Below the pieces are notes generated by a model that saw only the letters and a list, made by a program, of their open reading frames with translations, was not told the DNA's origin and did not search any database. From Octopus sinensis (taxonomy: Eukaryota): a DNA stretch of 64,000 nucleotides. Numbering within the stretch: the stretch's first letter is position 1; each line of letters starts with the position of its first letter. The stretch lies in assembly GCF_006345805.1 (NCBI RefSeq), contig NC_043007.1, positions 16,864,001 to 16,928,000 of the forward strand, in the 5' to 3' direction. Below, in pieces: positions 23,663 to 35,947 of the stretch. The position numbers were made by a program, and so were the translations under genes.

Positions 23663-24842
23663 CATGACAAAAGTAAATAGATACCCTTATAATCATGAAA
23701 ATTTATTTAACAAATTATTTATTCATTGTTATAATGTGAATGTCTAATATTTAGTAAACATGCCCTTTGTGTTTTTCAATGCAAGGACCATATTAGGCAT
23801 GCTAATGATGAGATGACGAATATTCTCTGGCAATAATTTCAAAAGATCTGGTTTTGAAGATACTTTGTTGCTCTTTTTATGAAGTGTCCTGCCCATTATG
23901 CCCCAGAGGTGTTCAATAGGGTTCATATCTGGTGACTGGCTTGGCCATGGAAGCTTTTTTAATGGCATTCTCTTCCAACAAATTTTGGGTCATTTTAGCT
24001 GTGACAAGGAGTCCCATCTATAAATAAAGAGTCTTCTTCAATCATTTCACCACTTGAGCAGATTGGAAGGAGTCCTTTCTGCAATATGGACAAATATTTA
24101 TCTGAGTTTATGTTTCCCTCATACTCCATCAACTCTGATTGACCATTGCTCCAAATTGCTCCCTAGACCATCACAGAATAACTGTGGCTACAATCTTTTC
24201 ACATCAAATTCTTGAGCACAGTCTCCAGACCCACACTCGACTACTTTCAAAAAATACAACAAATCTGGACTCATTGGAGAATATGACAGTATCCCAAAAT
24301 GCTAGTGGCCTCTCCACCATCTCACTGGCCCAATCTTTTCTCCGCTTGATGTTGGCTGGTCGAAGACGTACTTCTTACTGCTCTGCTATAGTGACCAACT
24401 TTGTGGAGATACCTGACAGCTGTTCTGGACAGACATCAACTTGTTCTGCTATGTCAGAGGCCTTGCAACAAGGATTATCCTCCACACTTCTCTTAATAAA
24501 GAGAAGAGTCCTATCAGAGGGCCCTGGTCAAGCTGGGTGAGGTGATGTGGACTCCTTCCCCTCTCTGGTGAAGTGCACAATCACACAATTAACTGTAGAA
24601 AGCAGGATCCCAAAGTTTTCTGCAATTTTATGCTAAGTCCACCTTTAAAATGATCCACACTATGGCCTCTTTGAAATTCAGACAGTTCCAATGTACATGG
24701 CATGATTTGTACATGGCATGATTAAAAATTCACATATAGAACCTGAAACATAAAAATGTCAATTAATAAAAAATATAAACCTTTGCAAAGTGGAATAAAC
24801 ATAAAATGATGTTTTATGGATTGTCTAATTACTTCTGTCATG
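23663..24842 (-). mobile_element. Tc1-like DNA transposon, near full length, decayed
   Basis: TIRs CATGACAAAAGTAAATAGA / TCTAATTACTTCTGTCATG; WPSQSPDMNPIEHLWG motif. Confidence 0.88.
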
Positions 24843-24871
24843 TCTGTGTTTATACACACACACACACACAC

Positions 24872-25980
24872 AGAGTGCATAAGATATCTGAGGACGGATT
24901 TATGCTTATGAAAAAAACAGATATATAACAGCTTTATTTTTCAAAAAATGCTATGAGGCTAAAAAATAAACCTTCTCTGACTATGGCATCTTCCAAAGAA
25001 TCTTTGGTGTTATGGGCATATTCATGAACCTCTCTCTCAACAACTCTCCACGTGTAATAGTCTAATGGATTGAAATCTGAGCAATTAGGCCACATGTTAG
25101 GGGTTATGTAATCATGAACATTTTCAGCCATGCATTCCTGTGTTACTAGAGCCATGTGTGATAGCGAAGGGTTTCACTGAAACACGTATGGCCTTCCATT
25201 GCATACACTGTCTATCCAGGGTTAAACAATTATTTCCAGGACCTCAATGGAAGGCCTTGTGGAAAGAAGTAAGGTGGCATTACATGTCCTTCTTTGCTGA
25301 CAACCCCTAAAACCATAACAGTTGCTGGAAATTTTGTATGCATAACACTTGGAATTTCAGAAGGATCTGCGCATAACCATCTGTCATTTCTTCTGTTAAC
25401 TTTTTTGATCTTGGTTGAAGTTTTTCTTGTTTGAGAAAAACCAAATCAAATCTTCTTCTACTGGATTTTTCAATTTGTTTAAGATCCTTTAAATCTGATG
25501 TAGTGAGTTTCTTTTGCTTCTTCTGACAAAATTGACCTTTCCTCATCATATAAGGCTTCCATCTGATGTTTTCATGGACAACATTTCTGACTTCCTTCTG
25601 ACACATGGAAATATTTTGCAATTGACCTCATGGACTTTCTGGGATTGAAATCAATGGTCTGTTGAACTTGCTGAATAAATTCAAGTGTTCTGATGATTTC
25701 AGAGCATTTAGAATGCTTTTTTATGCTTTGATACTGGTGATACATTTCCATCTTCCTTACAAACTTTGTGGACGAAAGATCTGGCAACTTTTAAAAATCA
25801 AGATATTTCTAAATTGCTATGCTCAGCATTTATAACCACAATAACGCATGCCTCTTCATTTCTTAAGTAAGCTGAGGGACTGCTATTATTATTTTCTGAA
25901 GCAAAGATCATACAGAGTTATCAAAAAATACAGCAATGACCCAAAAAATGTTATGTCATCAAATACCTTATGCACCCTGT
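24872..25980 (-). mobile_element. Mariner-like (maT/DD37D-type) transposon, decayed
   Basis: TIRs CAGAGTGCATAAGATAT / ATACCTTATGCACCCTG; ITPNMWPNCSDFNPLDYYTW motif. Confidence 0.82.
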
Positions 25981-26303
25981 ATATACACACTCACGTATAT
26001 AATATATGTCTGATACACAAAACACACACCCTAGGTATACTCATATATACCAGTACATGTAACACATATCACTCCACATAATGTATGCACTGGGTCACTT
26101 ACACACATACACAGATACACATATTTTTCAGCTCACTCACACATTCACCCCAATTCTTACATACACACTCACAAACACCATTCTCGCATACACACGCAGT
26201 GAATAGTCATTCTGCCAAGTCACCGTAATTATTTTCCTTTCATCGTGTTGAAATCCCTAAAAAGATTTTTTTATTCTCCCTCCTTTTTCCCCCCATCTTA
26301 ATC

Positions 26304-26339
26304 CTTTCTGTCGAAGAACATAGGCTTGAAACGTAAAAG
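26304..26339 (+). ncRNA. Minimal hammerhead-like motif, CUGUNGA variant (intronic copy)
   Basis: CTTT-CTGTCGA-A-GAAC-ATAG-GCTT-GAA-ACGT-A-AAAG. Confidence 0.4.
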
Positions 26340-27296
26340 ACTTTTCCTACACTTTTGTTTTCTGTAAATTTGAATTATTAATATATATCGACACTCTCGG
26401 AGTGGTTGGCATTAGGAAGGGCATCCAGCTGTAGAAACTCTGCCAGATCAAGATTGAAGCCTGGTGCAGCCATCTGGTTCAACAGCCCTCAGTCAAATCG
26501 TCCAACCCATGCTAGTGTGGAAAGTGGACATTAAACGATGATGATGATATATATATATAATCAAGATATAAGAAATGGTTAAATTATCAAATTTCTAGAA
26601 TAGAAAGAGACTTGCCTTGTTGGTACCAAGAAGCAGGTATGACAAGTGGTTTTTAAGTGAGGGTGTAACAGATCAACCCTGTTCATGGTTGGTTACACAG
26701 ACTGATATCATCTAGCGTACCTGTGAACTTGTAAGATTAGACTGGTATTAAGTTAATATTCTTAACAAGCCAATGGTCATTGACATTTTTAAGTTGACTT
26801 GACCCGTATCACCACAAAACTTCAATCATGATACAGCAGTGGTCTCATCGAGCAAGTATGCAATTATTAATACCTGCTGTGTAATGCTTAACGGCATTTT
26901 GTCTGTCTTGGAATTCTGAGTTCAAATTCCACCTGAGATCGGCTTTGCCTTTCGTCCTCTTGGGGTCGATAAAATACATACCAGTTGAGCAATGGGGGTC
27001 AATGTAATTGACTTGCCTTCACCTCTGACACTGCTGGCCTTGTGCCAAAATTTGAAACCAATATTTAATAACTCATTAAGGATTGCAACCTGGAAGAATC
27101 GTTAGCACACCATGGACAAAATGCTTAGCGACGTTTCGTCCATCTTTACATTCTGATTTAAAATTCCGCCTGAAATCCACTTTGCCTTTTGGGGTTGATA
27201 AAATAAGTACCAGTTGCGCACTGGAGGAGGGGGCAATGTAATTGACTAACCCATTCCCCCGAAATTGCAGCCCTTGTGCAAAAATTTGAAACCAAT

Positions 27297-27520
27297 ACCT
27301 ATTTCTTTACTACCCAGAAGGGGCTAAACACAGAGGGGACAAACGGATTAAGAATCTATTACATCGACCCAAGTGCGTAACTGGTACTTAATTTATCAAC
27401 CCTGAAAGGATGAAAGGCAAAGTCGACCTCAGCGGAATTTGAACTCAGAACATACCGGCAGACGAAATGCAGCTACGCATTTCGCCCGGCGTGCTAACGT
27501 TTCTGCCAGCTCGCTACCTT
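27297..27520 (-). mobile_element. SINE family B, long form, 14-bp TSD
   Basis: TSD AACCAATACCTATT at 27290-27303 and 27528-27541. Confidence 0.85.
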
Positions 27521-28113
27521 AATTTGCAACCAATACCTATTATGCAATGGTATGTCGTTACGTCTAATCGTCTGGTTGTGTTTCCAAATGAATTGTTACA
27601 GAATTCAGAATATATTTTGTTTGAAGTTTACTTTCAATGGTTATTATTGATACAAAGCACAATCAACAACAAAACAACCAGTCAGTCGTTCATGGTGAAA
27701 TAGCTGGCCTTCTTTCTTGACCTCTTTACGAGTTACTTGCCGCTCCTCTCGGATGTTTAACAAAGTTAAGCCCATAAAAAATATTTGTAGCTATTCAGTT
27801 GTCTACGTCATCATCAGTTGCAGTAGCATTACAGACTACGTAATTACATTTCAATATATGTAAGAGCACGAAAGGCATGGCTGTGCGTGGTGGTTAAGAC
27901 GTTTGCTTTGCTGCCACGTGGGTTGAGTTCAGTCCCACTGCGTGGCACCTTGGGCGAGTGTCTTTTATTATAGTCCCAACCAATGCCTTGTGAGTGAGTT
28001 TGGAAGATGGAAGCTGTGTGGAGATCTGTTGTATCTATCTATCTATCTATCTGTCTTTCTGTCTGTTTGTCCTTGTGTATGTGGTTTAATGGTTAGGGTA
28101 TTCAGCTTTGAGA

Positions 28114-28350
28114 GGGTGGCGAGCTGGCAGAATCGTTAGCACACCGGGCGAAATGCTTTCCAGTACTTCGTCTGCCGCTACGTTCTGAGTTCAAATTCCG
28201 CTGAGGTCGACTTTGCTTTTCATTCTTTCGGGGTCGATTAAATAAGTACCAGTTACGCACTGGGGTCGATATAAACGACTTAATCCGTTTATCAGTCCTT
28301 GTTTGTCCCCTCTGTGTTTAGCCCCTTGTGGGTAATAAAGAAATAGGGTA
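28114..28350 (+). mobile_element. SINE family B, long form, 14-bp TSD
   Basis: TSD TAGGGTATTCAGCT at 28094-28107 and 28344-28357. Confidence 0.85.
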
Positions 28351-28819
28351 TTCAGCTCGTGAGTTTGACCCCTAGTGGCATGTTGTGTCCTTGGGCAAGA
28401 CACTTTATTTCATATTGCTCCGGTTAACTCAGCTGGCAAAAACAAGTCGTATCTGTATTTCAAAGGGCCAGCCTTGTCACATTCCGTTTCATGCAGAAAC
28501 TCCCTGTGAACTACATTAAGGGTATACGTGTCTGTGGTGTCCTCAGCCACTTGCATGTTAATTTCTCAAGCAGACAGTTCCATTTATCAGAACAACTGAA
28601 ACCCTCGTCGTCGTAACCGACAGAGTACCAGTTATGTATGTGTTTGACCCCCCACCACACCGTTGGACAACTGGTATTGGTTTGTTTACATCCCCATAAT
28701 AGTAGTGGTTCGGTAAAATAAATCTATAGAATATGTACCAGTCTTAAAAATTCAAAAAACAACACCAAAAAAAAAAATAATAAAAATATAAGCCTTAGTG
28801 TTGATTTGTCCAACTAAAA

Positions 28820-29598
28820 CTCTTTAAAATGGTGTTCTGGCATGGCCGCAAAGTAATGACTGAAACTATTCCATAACAAAAGATATTCACATCACCACGT
28901 CGTTGAAAACTGGGTTTTTGTTTGCATAGGGCAATGCTCCAGCATGGCTGCAAAGTAATGACTGAAACTATTCTATAACAAAAGATATTCACATCACCAC
29001 GTCGTTGAAAACTGGGTTTTTGTTTGCATAGGGCAGTGCTCCAGCATGGCCCAGCCCAATGTTTGAAACAAGTTATATAACAAAAGATATTCACATCACC
29101 CACATCATTGAAAACTAGGTTTTTGTTTGCATAGGGCAATGCTCCAGCATGGTCGCAGCCCAATGTTTGAAACTATTCTATAACAAAAGATATTCACATC
29201 ACCACGTCGTTGAAAACTGGGTTTTTGTTTGTATAAGGTAGTGCTCCAGCATGGCCACAACCCAATGATTGAAACAAGCATAATATAATAGACATTCACA
29301 TCACTGAAAACTAGGTTTCAGGCAGTGCTCCAACATGGCCACAGCCCAATGATTGAAACAGGTATAATATAATAGACATTCTCGTCACTGAAAACTGGGT
29401 TTTTGTTTGCATAAGGCAGTGCTCCAGCATGGCCGCAACCCAATGATTGAAACAGGTATAATATAATAGACATTCACATCGCTGAAAACTGGGTTTTTGT
29501 TTGCATACAGTAGTGCTCTAGCATGGCCGCAACCCAATGATTGAAACAGGTATAATATAATAGATATTCACGTCGCTGAAAACTGGGTTTTTGTTTGT
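28820..29598. repeat. Minisatellite, about 8 units of 84-103 bp, derived from the SINE A tail
   Basis: AAAACT(G/A)GGTTT recurs at 28906, 29008, 29111, 29213, 29307, 29391, 29485 and 29579; units contain TGCTCCAGCATGGC...TGAAAC. Confidence 0.9.
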
Positions 29599-31227
29599 GT
29601 GTGCAATAACTTCTAAAGATTCCCTTTGAGACATTCTTTTAACCGTATATTTTGCCTCGTGTGATAAAAACAGCTTTGACACCATTAGGACAGGCCACAA
29701 AGAAAACATCTCAGGTGAGAAGTGCAAACTTTCACAGCTGACCTTTTTATATTTTCATAGGGGTTATTAATAAAACTGGGGCAAGATGTTAATATAGGGT
29801 TTCTTCAAGTAGTATTTTTATATTTCTTGCATTGAAAGAATGAGTAATCTTGGAGAATCGGTGATAAATTTATCTAATATGAGATGTTAGTGATGATGAA
29901 AGAGATAAGGGATAATTTTGCTGGGTTTGTTTCACGTCTGACATCAATGTACAAAATGGGAATTGCAGAGATATGGCCTTTGGGATTTTCTTAGTGAGGC
30001 TTAAGATAACATACATAAACGCCCAAACTTTGTATTTCGTTTAGATAACGTGCTGGTTTGACGGTGAGGTGGCGTTAGGGTGAGGGAGAGTTTGCTAATT
30101 TTAATTTAGCATTTTGTTCCCCCCTTTCTTACCAATGAAACGACAGTCTTGTGGAATACTAACGAAAAGAAAGGATCTGAAGAATCGCATGTGTGAGAGA
30201 GAGAGAGAGAGACAGACAGACAGATCATCCAAGCTCAATGCAACATATAGTAGCATAGCTAGGTGGAGGCAAGGGCTGGTTTGCTCCAGGTGATGTTTAC
30301 ATGGGAGCATCACTTTTGGGTCTGTTGTACAAAACCTGTATAGGGCTTGGAGGTCCAACACGATGGGGGGATAAACTCATGGGTCGACCCAGGCAGCACA
30401 AATTCTGGCAACATTATGGAAAACATATCAGAAAATTTGCCAGGGATGCCTTCTGCCTAAAGAATTTATAGTTAAGTGTGGACTAAAATATTCAGTGTTA
30501 TAAGTCGAAGGCAATTTTTAATCTCAAAATTAAAGGCAAACACAAGTCAAGAATGCTTAAAATTTTATTTAGAGAAACTTAACAAATCCTTTATAAATGT
30601 AAACAATAGGCACAGGCATAGCTGTGTGGCTAAGACACTCACTTTGTAACTAGTCACGTTGTTTCGGGTTCAATCTCATTGCGTGGCACCTTGGACAAGT
30701 GTCTCTATTATAAACCTGGGTCAAGCTTAGTGAGTGAATTTGGTAGACTGTAACTGTGTAGAAGTTTGTAGTACATACCTCTCTATCTAGTTCTCTCTCT
30801 CTCTATCTATCTCTAAATATATACATATATATAAATATTATTTTTTAGGGAATAACAATTCCGGCATAACAGAGGTTCAAATTATTCTCAATGAAGAAAT
30901 ATATATTAATTTAGAGATAGTATACCCCTACCATTCATCAGATACTTGCGAGAATTCAGATCAGTACAGTAGGTATATATGTGCTTGTGTGTGTTTGTGT
31001 CTGTTTGTCCCCCAGTACCGCTTGATAACTGGTATTGATATGTTTATGTCCCTGTAACTTAGCGGTTCAGCAAAAGGAACTGATAGAATAAATACTAGGC
31101 TTTAAAAAATGGCATAAGTACTAGGGTCAATTCATTTGACTAAAAGTTTTCCAAAGTTATGCCTCAGTATGGCCACAGTCTAATGACGGAAACAAGTAAA
31201 AGATAAAAGATTTGTGCGGCATTTATA

Positions 31228-31647
31228 GGTGCAGGAGTGACTATGTGGTAAGTAGCTTGCTTACCAACCACAGGGTTCCGGGTTCAGTCCCACTGCGTGG
31301 CACCTTGGACAAGTGTCTTCTACTATAACCTCGGGCCGACTAAAGCCTTATGAGTGGATTTGGTAGACGGAAACTGAAAGAAGCCCGTCGTATATATATG
31401 TATATATGTGTGTGTGTGTGTGTATTTGTATATGTTTGTGTGTCTGTGTTTGTCCCCCAACATTGCTTGACAACCGATGCTGGTGTGTTTACGTCCCCGT
31501 AACTTAGCGGTTCAGCGAAAGAGACCAATAAAATAAGTAAGTACTAGGCTTACAAAGATTAAGTCCTGGAGTCGATTTCTTCGACTAAAGGCGGTGCTCC
31601 AGCATGGCTGCAGTCAAATTGCTGAGACAAGTAAAAGAGTAAAAGAG
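31228..31647 (+). mobile_element. SINE family A, full length
   Basis: Match to the 10824 copy. Confidence 0.87.
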
Positions 31648-31884
31648 TGTCATTACTTGTATATGAATTGAACCAGAAACACATGGGAATCAAGGGAACA
31701 ATATGATGTACAGTCAAACCTTGGTGACCTGGAATATATTTACCTGAATTGAACACCTGTTACAAATGTTTTGAATAGATATCGGTGAGTGGGAGCAACC
31801 TCAATTATTCTATTCTCTGCAAGAATGTTGACTAGCCACTTTCTTTTATTGTTTCTTGTTTCTTTGTTAGTAGATTTCTATGCT

Positions 31885-32452
31885 AGGCACAAGGCCCAAA
31901 ATTTGTGGGAGGGGACCAGTCGATTAGATTGACCCCAATATGCAAATGGTACTTAATTTATTGACCCCAAAAGGAGGAAAGGTAAAGTTGACCTCGGAGG
32001 AATTTGAACTCAGAACATAAAAACAGACGCAATACTTATTTCTTTATTGCCCACAAGGGGCTAAACATAGAGAGGACAAACAAGGACAGACAGAGGGATT
32101 AAGTCGATTTTTATCAACCCCATGCGTAACTGGTACTTAAGTTATCGACCACGAAAGGATGAAAGGCAAAGTCGACCTCGGCAGAATTTGAACTCATAAC
32201 GTAGCGGCAGACGAAATACCTATTTCTTTACAACCCACAAGGGGCTAAACACAGAGGGGACAAACAAGGACAGACAAACGGATTAAGTCGATTACATCGA
32301 ACCCAGTGCATAACTAGTACTTAATTTATTGACCCTGAAAGGATGAAAGGCAAAGTCGACCTCAGCGGAATTTGAACTCAGAACGTAACGGCAGACGAAA
32401 TACTGCTAAGCATTTTGCCTGGCATGCTAACGTTTCTGCCAGCTCACCGCCT
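31885..32452 (-). mobile_element. SINE family B with one head and three tandem body units
   Basis: TTTGAACTCA(G/T)AAC recurs at about 32005, 32190 and 32372; a single head at 32420-32452. Confidence 0.8.
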
Positions 32453-33474
32453 TTCTCTTTTAGTAGATTGTGACCATGTTGGAGCACCACACTGAAGGGT
32501 TTAGTCAAAAAATCAATCCAAGAACATTTTTAAAAAAAGTCTGGTGCTTATTCCAGAGGTTTCTTTTGCTGAACTGCTAAATTATGGGGACATAAATGAA
32601 TTAACACTGGTTGTCAAGCAGTGGACACACACACAACGGGCTCTCACATAGTTTCCATTCACCAAATTCTCTGAGAAACCACTGGCCAGCCCAAGAAGAC
32701 ACCTATCCAAGGTGCTGCTCAGTGGGACTGAACCTGAAACCACATAGTCAGAAAGCAAACTTCTTAACCGCACAGCCATGCCTGTGCCTACAGAAATTAT
32801 TTTCCTTTTCTTTTCTTTTTTCAAAAAGTCACCATCACCACCACAAATTGATCCCACCCAAGCAAACTTATGATCAAAAGCGTTCCACCCATAACCATCA
32901 CGTCTTTTATTCTTATTCAATGTGTCCTTTTTCTATCTTTATCTTTTTTGAATCAGTAGGGTTGGAACGTTTTGAAGGAGATTTGGCTGTTGTTTCAAAA
33001 ATTCCACAGGGCCATGTGGATGCTCCGCTTGGGCTTATTATTTCTAACAAACCAGGTGATGATGAATTAACAGAATCATTTGAGCGGCAGACTGAACGCT
33101 TACAGTGTTTTAGTTACGACCTTTGCAATTTGAGTTCAAATTTCACCAAGACCAACTTTGCCTTTCATCCTTCTGAGATCAATAAAATTAAGAAGCAGTC
33201 AAAAACTTATTCGATTTCCTTTATACCTTCCTGATACGAATGAGATTAGAATAAGACCTTCTAGAGCCTCTTTCTTTCTTTCTCTCTCTCTCTTCCCCTT
33301 TTCTTTCTTTTTCTTTATTTCTTTCTTTGTCTCTGTCTTTCTTGCTCTTTCTCACTTTTTCTCTATCTCTCCCTCCACCTCTCTCTTTCTTTGGTTGCTA
33401 TTTCTAGCAGGGCTACATCGACATCCATATCCTCCTCATTAACTTCTCATTGCAATGTTCATTTCAGTATCTAA

Positions 33475-33717
<243 letters not shown>

Positions 33718-33889
33718 TAATGTCTTTATTTTGCTTTAGCCTAGGGCTGGCCAACCACAGACTTTTATCTTGTGGCCTGCTTGATACTTTCTTGAAGTAT
33801 TGTGTTTAATTTCAAAATAAAATTGTTTGTGTAGAACATTTGTTTAAAAAATCAAAACATTTGTTTAAAAAATCAAAAATCAAATTCGA

Positions 33890-34397
33890 TGACTGGTGTC
33901 CGTGCTAGCAGGGTGCAAAGAGCACCATACGAGTGTGATCATTGACAGAGCGGCTAACCGGCTTCCGTGCCAGTGGCACTTAAAAGGCACCATTCGAGCG
34001 TGATCGTTACCAGCATTGCCTTACTGGCACTCGAGCCCCGTACTAGTAGGGTGTTAAGAGCACCATCCAAGCGTGATCGTTGCCAGAGCGGCTATCTGGC
34101 CTCCGTAAAAGACACCATTCAAGCATGATCGTTACCAGCATCACCTTACTGGCACTCGTGCCAGTGGCATGTGTAAAAGATTCGAGCAAGGTCATTGCCA
34201 GTACCACTTGACTGGCACATAAAAGCACCCACTACACTCTCGGAGTTGTTGGCGTTAGGAAGGGCATCCAGCTGTAGAAACTCTGCCAGATCAAGATTAA
34301 AGCCTGGTGCAGCCATCTGGTTCGCCAGGCTTCAGTCATTCGTCCAACTCATGCTAGCATGGAAAGCAGACGTTAAACGATGATGATGATGATGATT
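33890..34397 (+). mobile_element. SINE family E with internal tandem repeats
   Basis: Repeated AGCACCAT..GAG(C/T)GTGATC units and a (GAT)n tail. Confidence 0.8.
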
Positions 34398-35639
34398 TGT
34401 TTCAAAATAAACAAGTGGCAATAAAGCAATAGCCTACAATTTTATAATTTTAAACAAATGAAAAGTATGAAAAATTCTTGATTCTGTAATTTGATTACTT
34501 GACTGTTAGTGCGTAAAGTATACAAGCAGCCCTCAAAAACCTTTGTGATTAAAGTGGCCCTCAATGTAATTCGAGTTGGCCAGGCCTGCTTTAGCCATTG
34601 CAGCTAAGAGTATTGCCCTCATATCTTTCGTCTTTGATTTGTTTCAATCATTTGAATGCAGCCCATGCTGGGGCACCATTTTTAAAGAATTTGGTCAACC
34701 AAATCAACCTCAGTACGTAAAGTCTGGTACTTATTTTATTGTTCCCTTTTGCCACACAGCTAAGTTGTTGGTGGAGTGTAAAGAAATTAGCACTGGTTGT
34801 CAAGTGGTGAAGGACACACCCACACATACACACACACACACACACATAATAAACTGGGGAGATGTACTTGCATAGCAAGCGATTTGATCTGAGATCGTGT
34901 GCTGAAATGAAAACAATTGCAGTGTGGAAGGTGTTTGTAAGCCATTTAAGAAACACACAAAAGCCGTTCGATTCACTTCAACATTTAAGTTTAATTTATC
35001 TGTTATCTCGGATTTTTGTCAGTGAACAGGTCGCGGTCTTAAAGCGACGAAAATATTTTGACAAATTAAACTTAAATGTTGAAGTGAATCGAACGGCTTT
35101 TGTGTGTTTCTTAAATGGCTTACAAACACCTTCCACGCTGCACATAACAAACGTCGGGGACAAAATTAGCTTATGGAAAGACTAACTTTGTGCATAGGAC
35201 AGGGAGATTTTTAAAAATCTTCTTTGGAAAAGCATGCATCGTATATACCATCAAATGGGTTCTTTTTAACATATTTTCATTAAATAATGTCATAGGCACA
35301 TATAGGCATAGGAGTGGCTGTGTGGTAAGTAGCTTGCTTACCAACCACATGGTTCCCAGCAAGTTGTCACATGACACGGTCTCAACTTTAACTGACCAAT
35401 GAAGGCGCATAGTCTTAGCCCACGCAATCTCTAAATGACCACCACCTGTCAATCAGCGAAGCTAATTCAGTGTCAGCTTGTCTCACCTAAATTACCAGTT
35501 ACAGGTAGATTGGTATTCAGTGAAAAGTATGACAAACAGCAACAAAAATATATTTAATAGAGAAATTTACCTTTTTTTCTTTTAGCTGGATGAAAAATTA
35601 ACAAAATGACGTCTAATTTGTGTATTTCTTATTTTGCAG

Positions 35640-35947
35640 GTTTGTTGTATGTTGTTGATAGTGCCGATAGGAACCGAATGGCAGAAAGTCGTTATGAATT
35701 GAATGCAGTTTTACGGCAGAAGGAAATGGAAGATGTTCCAGTAATAATTTTAGCCAATAAACAAGATTTACCGAATGCCTTGTCTGTATCAGAGATAACA
35801 GATAAATTAAACTTAAGTAAACTAGATGACCGCCGATGGCACATCCAGTCAACCTGTGCTACAACTGGTGATGGAATACTCGAAGCGATGGACAAATTAA
35901 AATCCATGGTAAAGAAATATCACCGACACAAATCGAGACATTCTTGA
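35640..35947 (+). CDS. ARF-family small GTPase, coding exon 3
   Basis: Acceptor TTTTGCAG at 35639; LLYVVDSAD...ANKQDL...IQSTCATTGDG...KKYHRHKSRHS-TGA. Spliced total is 567 nt = 188 aa plus stop, in frame. Confidence 0.95.

Noticed and set aside
28820-29598. Regularly spaced repeats resembling a CRISPR array
   Set aside because: Whole units are homologous with no unique spacers, there are no cas genes, and the context is eukaryotic.
30905-30946. CTGATGA plus a stem II-like hairpin on -
   Set aside because: GAAA is missing (CTAAATT follows) and there is no stem I.
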